63,991 nucleotides of DNA, filler included, from Octopus bimaculoides (GCF_001194135.2; 7 parts of 6 records of this genome joined end to end with filler, not necessarily neighbours in it), one strand, 5' to 3'. Positions 25,301-36,766 are shown, numbered from the whole stretch's first letter. Notes: a model not told the origin generated them from the sequence alone. Translations and numbers: made by a program.

Positions 25301-25919
25301 AAACATACATTGAGTATATATTTAAGAGAAAGCCATAATAATATAACATTTATTGACATAATGAATTACTTAGCCACATGAGCGCCAAGGAAGAAACGGT
25401 TCAATTGTGAGACCTCCAAGATTGTGACAGCTAGAGATTTAAGGAATATTGGCTGCAAGTTACGTGGGAAACCTGTACAAACAAGCAAAGCCATTTTCAC
25501 CGCCTCCAGACTTCCTTATGTATCGAAAATATGCATATATTTATATATTATTCATATTATATATATANNNNNNNNNNNNNNNNNNNNNNNNNNNNNNNNN
25601 NNNNNNNNNNNNNNNNNNNNNNNNNNNNNNNNNNNNNNNNNNNNNNNNNNNNNNNNNNNNNNNNNNNNNNNNNNNNNNNNNNNNNNNNNNNNNNNNNNNN
25701 NNNNNNNNNNNNNNNNNNNNNNNNNNNNNNNNNNNNNNNNNNNNNNNNNNNNNNNNNNNNNNNNNNNNNNNNNNNNNNNNNNNNNNNNNNNNNNNNNNNN
25801 NNNNNNNNNNNNNNNNNNNNNNNNNNNNNNNNNNNNNNNNNNNNNNNNNNNNNNNNNNNNNNNNNNNNNNNNNNNNNNNNNNNNNNNNNNNNNNNNNNNN
25901 NNNNNNNNNNNNNNNNNNN

Positions 25920-25952
<33 letters not shown>

Positions 25953-26719
25953 TGTTTCAGTCATTTGACTGCGGCCATGCTGGAGCACTTAAGGGGTTTT
26001 AGTCGAACAAATCGACCCCAGGACTTATTCTTTGTAAGCCGAGTACATATTCTATCGGCCACCTTTGCCAAACCGCTACGTTACAAGACAGAAACACACC
26101 AGCATCGGTTGTCAAGTGATAGTAGGGGGACAAACACACAAATATGTATATATATATAATAATACAGAGAATATATATGCATGTATACACACATATATGT
26201 ACATACTTACATCTACATGTGTATATAGATGCATATCAGGGTACAGGACGTTAGAACAATGAACTACAGACAACGGAACGAACACATAGGAAAACAGATA
26301 GTCACTTGGAATTAATCCTTCGTCAGCTGCCTCTATTCTAACTAGACGTTTCGAAGATAAGGCAGTACGTACTCTAGAATAGTCTCTTCCTGAGTAGTGG
26401 ATCGACCCACTAAACAGAGGATTCCAAGGTGGCAAACACAAACCAAGACAGGAAAAATTGGACACGACGGGCTTCTTTCAGTTTCTGTCTACCAAATCCA
26501 CTCACAAAGCTCAAGGTTATAGTAAGTGTCACGCTGTAGAACTGAACCTGGAACCATGTGATCGGGAAGCAAGCTTCTTACCACAGAGGGAAGCCTAGTT
26601 TGAAACGTTCATAATTTAACAACCGTGAAGTTAACAGATAAATTGGTAAGATTCATAGGTAGACCGAAGACGTACATACACACATACATGCATAGATACA
26701 TACACACATACATGCCTGC

Positions 26720-27045
26720 ATACATACATACATACATACATACAGACAGACAGACAGACAGACTAACTGACTGACAGACATCTAGATAGAGATGGGGAGG
26801 GAGGGGGAGAGAAGAACTGGCAATAGACTGATTGGTAGATAGATACGTATATAGGAAGGTAAATAAGTTGTTAGACAGACAGGCAGGCAGGCAGGCAGGC
26901 AGACAGGCAGACAGAGAGATAGATAAGCAGGCAGATAGATAGGTAGGCAGACAGGCATGCAGGCAGACAGATTGACAGACAGACAGACAGACAGGTAGAC
27001 AGAAAGATAGGCAGACAAATAAATAGACAGACAGATAGAGACACA
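26720..27045. repeat. Compound tetranucleotide microsatellite (CAGA/CAGG/GATA)
   Basis: Direct reading; it generates the spurious CLSV/CLPA ORFs. Confidence 0.9.
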
Positions 27046-27258
27046 TACACATATTTGCTTGAATATGCGCTTATAAAACATTTCACTTAGTCACATGTTC
27101 GTTCACTGATTTCCTAAAAAATGTGACACTTCGTACAATTGTACGCCTACATTTTCTTAAAGAGATATTTTCAACGAAGAAATCTGTTGTTATTTTTTTT
27201 ATTTAAACTGTAATACACTCATGACATTTAGTGCTCTACTTACCCCTACTTCCGCCTT

Positions 27259-27319
<61 letters not shown>

Positions 27320-27496
27320 TTCTTGTTGATTAGTCGGGCTTTATTTCACTATTATATAAGCGTGTTATCTTCCTGTTACAATTCGTCCGTCTCGTACAAC
27401 CTATCTCACAGCTATACATTTTCCAGTCCCACACGTATTAACTCGCATTTAGAATGTGGCTTCCACATAGATTTTGCTTTAAATAAATATTAGTTA

Positions 27497-27660
27497 GGCG
27501 CAGGAGTGGCTGTGTGGTAAGTAGCTTGCTTACCAACCACATGGTTCAGGATTCAGTCCCACTGCGTGGCACCTTGGGCAAGTGTCTTCTACGATAGCCT
27601 TGGGCCGACCAAAGCCTTGTGAGTAGATTTGGTAGACGGAAACTGAAAGAAGCCCGTCGA
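27497..27660 (+). mobile_element. SINE family A head, near consensus
   Basis: GGCGCAGGAGTGGCTGTGTGGTAAGTAGCTTGCTTACCAACC...GAAAGAAGCCCGTCG followed by (AT)n and a gap. Confidence 0.9.
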
Positions 27661-28544
27661 ATATATATATATATATATATATANNNNNNNNNNNNNNNNN
27701 NNNNNNNNNNNNNNNNNNNNNNNNNNNNNNNNNNNNNNNNNNNNNNNNNNNNNNNNNNNNNNNNNNNNNNNNNNNNNNNNNNNNNNNNNNNNNNNNNNNN
27801 NNNNNNNNNNNNNNNNNNNNNNNNNNNNNNNNNNNNNNNNNNNNNNNNNNNNNNNNNNNNNNNNNNNNNNNNNNNNNNNNNNNNNNNNNNNNNNNNNNNN
27901 NNNNNNNNNNNNNNNNNNNNNNNNNNNNNNNNNNNNNNNNNNNNNNNNNNNNNNNNNNNNNNNNNNNNNNNNNNNNNNNNNNNNNNNNNNNNNNNNNNNN
28001 NNNNNNNNNNNNNNNNNNNNNNNNNNNNNNNNNNNNNNNNNNNNNNNNNNNNNNNNNNNNNNNNNNNNNNNNNNNNNNNNNNNNNNNNNNNNNNNNNNNN
28101 NNNNNNNNNNNNNNNNNNNNNNNNNNNNNNNNNNNNNNNNNNNNNNNNNNNNNNNNNNNNNNNNNNNNNNNNNNNNNNNNNNNNNNNNNNNNNNNNNNNN
28201 NNNNNNNNNNNNNNNNNNNNNNNNNNNNNNNNNNNNNNNNNNNNNNNNNNNNNNNNNNNNNNNNNNNNNNNNNNNNNNNNNNNNNNNNNNNNNNNNNNNN
28301 NNNNNNNNNNNNNNNNTTAAAAGACATGTTAGGATCCACAATGAGCAGAACTTACTTGCAGGTATTGGTAGTGCAAATCAGAGGTGCAATCTGTGTGGGT
28401 GTTTTTTCAAAACATTGTCTGTTTTAAAAAGCCACATCAGACGCCATGAACGGGCTAAGGTGTAGGTGCAGGAGGTGGTCAAACTCTGTTTAAGGAGTAG
28501 ACAACCACCATATATATATATATGTATATATGTATGTATACATG

Positions 28545-28575
<31 letters not shown>

Positions 28576-29004
28576 GTATGTATGTGTGTGCGTGTGTGTG
28601 TTAGGGTGCATGGCTTAGTGGTTAGGGTGTTGCACTCACGATCGCTAGATCGTGATTTCAATTCCTAGACTGCGAGGTACGTTGTGTTCATGAGCAAAAC
28701 AGATCATCTAACGTTGTTCAGTGATCACTTCAACACCTGATGTGTGGTACACTGTGCATCTGTTCAGATAACGTCGATTTGATGGAGAGGGTGAGCTAAT
28801 GTGCGGCACGAAAAAAGCTCAATGCTCATAAGTCGTTTCCGACGGCAGAGTCCATTGTGTATGTATGTATCAATGTATGTATGGGTGGAAAAACTCATGA
28901 GCAGTCAATGACCATCCAACAAAATGTGATGAGAGAGAGAAAACGAAAGGGGTAGAGAGAGAACAGTACAGGGTAGAGTCGCATCAAAATTATTAAAATA
29001 AACT

Positions 29005-29357
29005 TATTTGGAAATGGATGCGTGCCTTTAGTCGAGAAAATCGACCCCAGGACTCATTCTTTGGAAGCCTAGTACTTATTCTATCGGTCTCTTTTTGCCG
29101 AACCGCTAAGTTACGGGGACGTAAACACACCACCATCGGCTGTCAAGCAATGGTGGGGGACAAACACAGACACACAAACACACACATATACATATATACA
29201 TATATACGACGGGCTTCTTTCAGTTTCCGTCTACCAAATCCACTCACAAGGCTTTGGTCGACCCGAGGCTATAGTAGAAGACACTTGCCCAAGGTGCCAC
29301 TCAGTGGGACTGAACCCGGAACCATGTGGTTGGTAAGCAAGCTACTTACCACACAGA
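29005..29357 (-). mobile_element. SINE family A, bipartite; further copies at 30240-30660(-), 36160-36492(-), 38860-39690(-, several), 58170-58610(-)
   Basis: Same modules in reverse orientation. Confidence 0.88.
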
Positions 29358-29582
29358 AAATGTGACATCATTCAACTTTCTTCCCCCACCCCACCACGAC
29401 ACAAAAATTAGTTTGGGATCGAAAGAGTTTTTTTTTTCCGAAAATGCTGGTATAAAGCTTAAGATATTTAGTCGAGCAAAAATTGTGTTTTGTTGAGAAT
29501 TAATGCATTTATTTGACAGCAAAGAGATAAGTAGCACTTTGTCGGTGAATTTTTACCTGTCTACATACATTCACATACACGC

Positions 29583-29589
<7 letters not shown>

Positions 29590-29616
<27 letters not shown>

Positions 29617-30071
29617 GCACATAATATAAATGTCGCGCGCGCGCGAACCGTGTGAATCACACTCTGGAAAATTTACTTCTGGAAAATTTTGGGAGTGGGT
29701 AAAATTTCCGAGGCTTCCATCTCACCCCACCCATTTTTCGGACCCCCAAAAGGGTTTTGTAGCATATTAGGAGGTCACAGGAATTCATTCAACGAAAAAA
29801 AAAAAAAATTCCAATGGTTTCGGGATGAGGAGGGGGTGGGGTCCCCCGCCCCACCCCCTTTTTTTTTCCGAACCAAAATAAGGGATTTGCAGCATATTAG
29901 GAGGGCAGGGTACTTGATTCCACGCAAAAAAATCCGAGTTTTTTTGTTTGTTTTTTTAATGAAAATCGTTTGGGTGTTACACAAAAAATTTACCGATAAA
30001 TCTACCAAAGTTGTTATCAAACCAACAACCAACGCCACCCACAAATATAATAAATAAATAAATAAATATAA

Positions 30072-30106
<35 letters not shown>

Positions 30107-30165
30107 ATATAATAAATAAATAAATACATGAGCGAAATGCTACCGCCTCCGCTCCGCTATCTTCT
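29590..30165 (-). mobile_element. Putative Helentron-associated (HINE/DINE-like) non-autonomous element
   Basis: Short inverted/hairpin-like end (GAGCG...CGCTC, 30130-30155), (TATT)n microsatellite, core with a ~130-bp internal duplication (GCATATTAGGAGG at 29762 and 29892), AT-rich other end. Confidence 0.4.
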
Positions 30166-31068
30166 CTTTGGTTTCAGAAATCGGTGATAAGTATTTGCTT
30201 CTTTTATTATTTTTTAGAAATCTTTTATTGTTTATTTGTTTGTCATTCGATTGCAGCCTTGCTGGAGCACCACCTTGTAGGGTCTTAGTTGAACGAATTG
30301 ATCCCAGGACATATTTTTAAGCTTCTTACTTACTCAAAGGTCTCTTTTACCGAGCTGTTTAATTTACAGGGAAGTGAACAAACCAACACCGGTGATCAAG
30401 GGGGTGGTAGGGACAAACACACACATACACTCACACACATACACAGGCACACTTACACGCACGCGCGCAAAACCACACACACACACACGCACGCACGCAC
30501 GCACGCACGACGTACTGCCATACAGTTTCCGTCATCGAATTCCCTCACAAGGTCTTGGTCAGCCTAGGGCTATAGTCGAAGGCACTTGCTCAAGGTTCCG
30601 CGCAGCGGGACGAAATCACTACTTCGTAGATGAACAGCTAGCTTCTTAACCACACAGGCATGTCAATAGATGAAGAAGAAGAACGTCCGAAAGTCAGCCA
30701 GCTTCTTTTTCTCTTGATTGTCTCAACATAATTGTAATCTACATCATCGACGACTTATCACAGCGAAATTTCATTAAAAAATATGCATGCATTCAGAAAG
30801 TTAGCAGAAAACTGGTTTGCGGGGCATTAAACTGTAGATATGCCTATATAGGTGAGTGAGTATTATAACATTAGCTAAGAGTGAGTGGGGGGGAGAGAAA
30901 AGGAGGAGAAAAGAGAGAGGGAGAAAGAGGAAGGGAGGAGAGACTCAGTGTGTGTGTGCGTGTGCGTGTGTGTAAGTAGACAGTATCAACGTCAACTATA
31001 TGAAGTGAGCAGATAGAGTTAGTAGCTATAGTGATTGTCTTCATTAACAAACAGCTTTGCTGCTAACT

Positions 31069-31163
31069 GCCTCGGTAGCGCAGTAGGCAGCGCGTCAGTC
31101 TCATAATCCAAAGCTAACACCCGAGCCATCTGAAGGTCGTGAGTTCGATCCTCACCCGGGGCA
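31069..31163 (+). tRNA. tRNA-Met: Elongator tRNA-Met (CAT) with 22-nt intron (31106-31127)
   Basis: GCCTCGGTAGCGCAGTAGGCAGCGCGTCAGTCTCATA-[ATCCAAAGCTAACACCCGAGCC]-ATCTGAAGGTCGTGAGTTCGATCCTCACCCGGGGCA. The spliced 73-nt form is near-identical to the metazoan elongator Met tRNA. A and B boxes are intact and a long T run follows at 31167-31184. Confidence 0.95.
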
Positions 31164-31226
31164 GAATTTTTTTTTTTTTTTTTTCAAATTTTGGCACTAG
31201 GCCAGCCATTTCGATAGAGAGAGCAA

Positions 31227-32006
31227 GGATCTTTGGGGTTTGACGGGCAACATTTTTTTATGTAGTGTTTTTGGTACCGAAACACTTTCAAACTTCGAAT
31301 ACTTGTATATTTTGTGGTATAGAACAGATAGAAGATTTTGTATTCGAAGTTATTTTATGTAAAAAGTTGTCGTATTTCGGTGTAATTTCAACCAATCACT
31401 GACGTCTATTGAGGTGAAAACAATTAATGCCGTAACGGTGTCATGGGATCTTTTCCTTGAATAAAATTAGTCCCGTTGTTTGTCAACAACTACCCGTGTT
31501 ACTCCGTGCGTTTGTACTGGTTTTAGCTTTAGGGTTTTAGGGTTAGGGTTCGGGTTTTAGAGTTAGGGTTAGTTTTAGGATTACGGTTAGGGTTATGATT
31601 ATTTTTGCCATAACCTTAACTCTAACCTTATAACTCATAACCATAACCCTAACCCTTACCCTAACCCCAACCCTAACCCCAACCCTAACCCTAAAACCCT
31701 AACCCTAAAACCCGAACCCTAACCCTAAAACCCTAAACCCTTACTAGGGAATAATGATATAATTAAACAGGGAATAACACACTTGACACCGAACAGCAGT
31801 AACTGTATTCAGCTGAATAGACGTCAGTGATTGGTTAAAATTACAGAATTACGACAACTTTAACATGAAATAACTTGCGATGTACATTTTTTTTTGTTAA
31901 GAAGGCTAAGAGAAAATTTGTTTTGTATGACACATTCTACCAGTGTCCCAAGTTTGAAATTGTTTCATTAAGAAAACAAATGTTGCCCGTCAAACCCCAA
32001 AGATCC
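31227..32006. mobile_element. Foldback DNA transposon with long TIRs, inverted telomeric arrays and 8-bp TSD
   Basis: 26-bp perfect termini GGATCTTTGGGGTTTGACGGGCAACA / TGTTGCCCGTCAAACCCCAAAGATCC. TSD GAGAGCAA at 31219-31226 and 32007-32014. Internal 21-bp perfect IR 31390-31410/31816-31836. (TTAGGG)-like 31525-31595 faces (CCCTAA)-like 31610-31740. Confidence 0.92.
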
Positions 32007-32285
32007 GAGAGCAATCCTATTTTACATCCATCCTAGTATTCAGCTGGTACATATTTTATCGTACCCAAAAGGATGAAAGGCAAAGTTTGACCCAACTCGG
32101 AATTTCATCTTAGAACGTAGATACGGACGAAATGCCGCTAAGCATTTTGTCCGACGCGGTATCGATTCTACCAGCTTGCCGCCTTTTATTTAGAGCTAAT
32201 ATCGGGTGTGTAAACAAATAAGCAGTAGTTATGACTATATGTGCGTGACTATATTATAAGTTAACAAGAGTGAGAGAAAGAGACA

Positions 32286-32340
<55 letters not shown>

Positions 32341-32451
32341 TACGTGCGTGCGTATTGCATAAATGCTGTCAGCAATAGCAACACTTGTACTGAAAATATA
32401 GCTAGTAGCCATAGTGGTTGTCTTCCTAAACAAACAGCCTAGAATTTAGGT

Positions 32452-32546
32452 GCCTCGGTAGCGCAGTAGGCAGCGCGTCAGTCTCATAATCCAAATTTAT
32501 CAGCCGAGTAATCTGAAGGTCGTGAGTTCGATCCTCACCTGGGGCA
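32452..32546 (+). tRNA. tRNA-Met: Elongator tRNA-Met (CAT) with 22-nt intron (32489-32510)
   Basis: Same exons as 31069 (one C>T giving a G-U pair in the acceptor stem). Intron ATCCAAATTTATCAGCCGAGTA. T run from 32552. Confidence 0.95.
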
Positions 32547-32796
32547 CAAGCTTTTTTTTTTTTTTTCTAAAACTAGAAATATTTTTTGAAATTTAAATAT
32601 AATATTGTGTGTATATATTATATACAACAAATCAGTAGTTATGATTTTACGTACGTATATAACAATTCGTAAAAGTGAGTAGTGGGAGTGGGGAGAGAGA
32701 GAGAAAGAGAGTTTGTGCGTGTGTGTGTTTTGCATATATGCGGGCAGAAGTATTGACGACAGCTGTCTTCTTAAACAAAGACGTTTCTCACTAACT

Positions 32797-32891
32797 GCCT
32801 CGGTAGCGCAGTAGGCAGCGCGTCAGTCTCATAATCTTAATCTAACAGCCGAGTAATCTGAAGGTCGTGAGTTCGATCCTCACCTGGGGCA
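32797..32891 (+). tRNA. tRNA-Met: Elongator tRNA-Met (CAT) with 22-nt intron (32834-32855)
   Basis: Exons identical to the 32452 copy. Intron ATCTTAATCTAACAGCCGAGTA. T5 terminator at 32895-32899. Confidence 0.95.
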
Positions 32892-33559
32892 GACTTTTTA
32901 AAGTTGAAAATATTCTTTTTTTTTTGCTTCTTTTTATCTAGGGATAGTTTACTGTCCTTTATATGATTATCATTTCGCCATAAATTTGTTGTGTGTGTGT
33001 GTGTGCCCGTGCGTGTCTTTGGGTTGTGTTTGTCCTCCACCCCAATTGATAACCGGCGTTGGTGTGTTTACGTCCCAATAGGGTAAAAGAGCCGATAGAA
33101 AAAAGTACCAAACTTAAAAATAAGTACTGAGATCGATGTGTTCGATTAAAAAAATTATACTTGACCATAACCAATAGAGCATGTCCCTTAGTAGCTGACA
33201 ATATGTGCATCCCTGATCACGAGCAGGAATAGTGGGTGGGGCGTATTATGTTCATTGGTTGAGAGGAATTCTTTGGGGTTTGAACAATTCACACCTGGAA
33301 ACATGGATGCTTCGTTCATCATCCTGAAGCAAATCTTCTGGGCGAGATGAGATACTCGACCTGAAGTTATGCGCTCTTTATCTTGAAATGAGCCCACCAT
33401 GTAGCACATATATATTTGTGATGCATTTGCTTTGTGTGCCTTTATCAGAAGGGTAATCATGATGGATATATTAGGCTTCGTATATTTGTATACCCCAGCA
33501 TCACGTCAATGGCATGCGCTGCTCTCTCACCCAATAACAACAATAATAATAATGGTTGC

Positions 33560-34125
33560 AAATTTTGACACAAGGGTAGCAATTTTGAGGGAGGAGACAA
33601 GTCAATTACATCGACCCCAGTGTTCAAATGATACTTATCTTATTGATCCCAAAAGGATGAAAAGCGAAGTCGACCTCGGTGGAATTCGAACTCAGAGCGT
33701 AAAGACGGACGAATAATCATTCCTACTAAAAGCACAAGGCCTGAAATTTGGTGGGGAAGGAACTAGTTGATTACATCAACACAAGTCACTGATACTTAAT
33801 TTATCAGCCCCGAAAGAATGAAAGGTAAAGTCGACCTCAGCAGAATTTGAACTCAGAAGGTAAAACCGCGTAGTTTTTTGCCCGGTACCGTAACGATTCT
33901 GCCAGCTCAGTCTTTTCTACTATAGGCACAAGGCCTGAAATTTGTGGGGAGAGGATAAATCGATTACATCAACCCCAGTGTTCAACTGGTACTTATTCCG
34001 AAAGGGATGAAAGGCAAAGCCGATTTCGGTGAAATTTGAATTTAGAACGTAATGCCGGAAGAAATGTTGCTAAGCATTTTCTTCGGCATGCTGATGATTC
34101 TGACAGCTCACCACCTTTAGTTTCA
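33560..34125 (-). mobile_element. Three tandem SINE family B copies
   Basis: Repeated ACATCGACCCCAG...GGATGAAAGGCAAAGTCGACCTCGG..GAATTTGAACTCAG. Confidence 0.85.
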
Positions 34126-34420
34126 AATTTTGAACTAAGCTAGCAATTCTAAAGGAGGCTGNNNNNNNNNNNNNNNNNNNNNNNNNNNNNNNNNNNNNNN
34201 NNNNNNNNNNNNNNNNNNNNNNNNNNNNNNNNNNNNNNNNNNNNNNNNNNNNNNNNNNNNNNNNNNNNNNNNNNNNNNNNNNNNNNNNNNNNNNNNNNNN
34301 NNNNNNNNNNNNNNNNNNNNNNNNNNNNNNNNNNNNNNNNNNNNNNNNNNNNNNNNNNNNNNNNNNNNNNNNNNNNNNNNNNNNNNNNNNNNNNNNNNNN
34401 NNNNNNNNNNNNNNNNNNNN

Positions 34421-34660
34421 AGGGACCCCCTTATAAACGCTTATGAAATTTATACATAAATATTTGCTTAAAATAACATATTTTTACATTTATTTATTTA
34501 ACAGTATTTAATAAATAGGTTTATTGTCAATTATATACACAGGATTTTTTTAATACATACTTAGTGAGAAGGATGTGCTTGCTTGGCTCTGCACGGACCG
34601 ACCCCCTGTCTTGTCCTTGCGGACCCCCTGTGGTCCGCGGACCACAGTTTGAAAAGCCCT
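34421..34660. mobile_element. hAT-like MITE end; similar hAT-like MITEs at 38053-38326 and 57736-57960
   Basis: Terminus CGCGGACCACAGTTTGAAAAGCCCTG (CAGGG-type TIR). The others begin CAATGGTCCTCAACC and CAGGGGTTGGGAAAC. Confidence 0.55.
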
Positions 34661-34664
34661 GAGC

Positions 34665-34999
34665 TGAGAGAAAACTATCCCTGGAAAGGTTGATAGAAAT
34701 CGCGAACGCATACATCGATTCCGTTATATATGTTCCCGTGATCGTCATGCCTTTCTTCCACATTTCTCGGATCAGTTTGGGGCGTCTGGTTTTCTGCATC
34801 ATGTGGAAGGGATACTTTCCACTGGTCAGCTGGCCCATCTAGTGACAGCATCCTCTGTGCGGAGAGTTTATCACAAATAGCTCTACCACTCTTTAGTTTC
34901 AAAGAACTGGGAATTTTCCCACTTTGCTGCGATTTGTAGGAGACGTCTGCCAAGAAAAAAACCTTGCTCAATCGTAGTTTTGGTTTGGATCAATATTTT

Positions 35000-35031
<32 letters not shown>

Positions 35032-35325
35032 TGTATGTATGTATGTATGTATGTACAAATCATGTATGTATGTATGTACTAATCATGTCTGTTGGGCATG
35101 TGGAAGGGAGTGTGATTCAGCAGGAGGACTTAAACGACACGTAAAGGTATATGGAACCCAATTACAACAACAGCCAGCTATTGCCAGTAAAGGTTTTGGA
35201 TGCCAACTCTGTGCAAGACATTGTAGATCTTTGGCTGGGCTAAAAAGTCACATTCGATCACAGCACCGTTAAGTTAAGCTTCGTGCAATGGCCATATTCG
35301 ATAACGAGGGGGCAGCCAACATGTC
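34665..35325 (+). mobile_element. Probable RTE-clade LINE 3' relic ending in two C2H2-like fingers (35090-35272)
   Basis: CWACGRECDSAGGLKRHVKVY and CQLCARHCRSLAGLKSHIRSQH*, with non-TGEKP spacing, followed by a short ATGGCC...GCAGCCAAC tail. Interrupted by an (ATGT)n run. Confidence 0.55.
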
Positions 35326-35855
35326 AGGTCGCTCTTGGGCGCTACTGGTAACATGTAACCCAGTACAACCTGTTGCGTGGTCGGGTCGTCGGTGACTAAC
35401 ACTGACAACCCCACCAGGCTTTCTTGGTGAAGAGGGTGATTGTTGGACACCCTGCAGCACGAAAAATAAGACCTGTCAAAGGGCAGAAGAGCTCATGAGT
35501 AGTCAACGGCTATCCAACAATATGAGTACATGTGTACATATGCACGTATGTATGTGCGGGGATGTGGAAATACGTGGATTGGTATCCAGGCGTGTGGTTG
35601 GCCCACTGGGAGTCGGAGGCCACCTCTGTTGTTGTCACAACATCTCCCTAGGTGAGGGAAACACTGAGGGAAAACCTGCGACACTGACAATATTCAATGA
35701 TGTAGACTAGTTCTTCTTTTGGAGTTTATGTTATCCGTGTTATGAGAGTGGGAATGGATTCGTGCAAAACTTTTCCCCACTATAAAAAAACATCATCATG
35801 CACAGGCATCGCTTGAAAAAAAAAGTAAGACTTACTACAAAAATGGCTGGTCGTA

Positions 35856-35891
<36 letters not shown>

Positions 35892-36733
35892 CATACAAAC
35901 CCGGAGGCTTGATAAGTTACGGAGAAAGAGCGACTACGAATATCTTTTTTATATAATAATAACTATACAATAATATATATATTCCGATTAAAACGACATT
36001 ATCTAAATAGTTGACTGAAAAATGATGAGCTTACCCAGGCTAGAATCGAACCCACATATCAACGCCAACATGGCTTTACGAGGCCCCGGGTTTACGAGTT
36101 TTACTTTTCAAGCACAAGGACCAAATTTTGAACGAAGTGTAAACGATTCTACCAGCAGTCATTTTACTGTGGGCATGCTGGAGCATCACCTTGAAGGGTT
36201 TTAGTCGAACAAATTGACACCAGGACTTCTGTTTTTTTAAGCCTAGCACTTATCCTATCGGTCTCTTCGGGGACATAAACACACCAACGCTGGTTGTCAA
36301 GCGGTGGTGAGGGACAAACTGATGCAAAGGTACGTACACACACAAACACACAAACACACACACACACATCCATCCATCCATCCATCCATCCATCCATCCA
36401 TCCATACATACATACATACATATATATATACACACATGTATATACGACGGGCTTCTTTCAGGTTCCGTCTTCCAAATCCACTCACAAAGCTTTNNNNNNN
36501 NNNNNNNNNNNNNNNNNNNNNNNNNNNNNNNNNNNNNNNNNNNNNNNNNNNNNNNNNNNNNNNNNNNNNNNNNNNNNNNNNNNNNNNNNNNNNNNNNNNN
36601 NNNNNNNNNNNNNNNNNNNNNNNNNNNNNNNNNNNNNNNNNNNNNNNNNNNNNNNNNNNNNNNNNNNNNNNNNNNNNNNNNNNNNNNNNNNNNNNNNNNN
36701 NNNNNNNNNNNNNNNNNNNNNNNNNNNNNNNNN

Positions 36734-36766
<33 letters not shown>

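Noticed and set aside
31525-31740. Telomere-telomere fusion site interpretation of TTAGGG/CCCTAA arrays
   Set aside because: The arrays lie inside long TIRs bounded by an 8-bp TSD, so they are part of a transposon.
36030-36095. B-box-like GGGTTCGATTC on the minus strand
   Set aside because: No cloverleaf can be built; at most a decayed SINE head. The many SINE heads in the window were likewise not called tRNAs.
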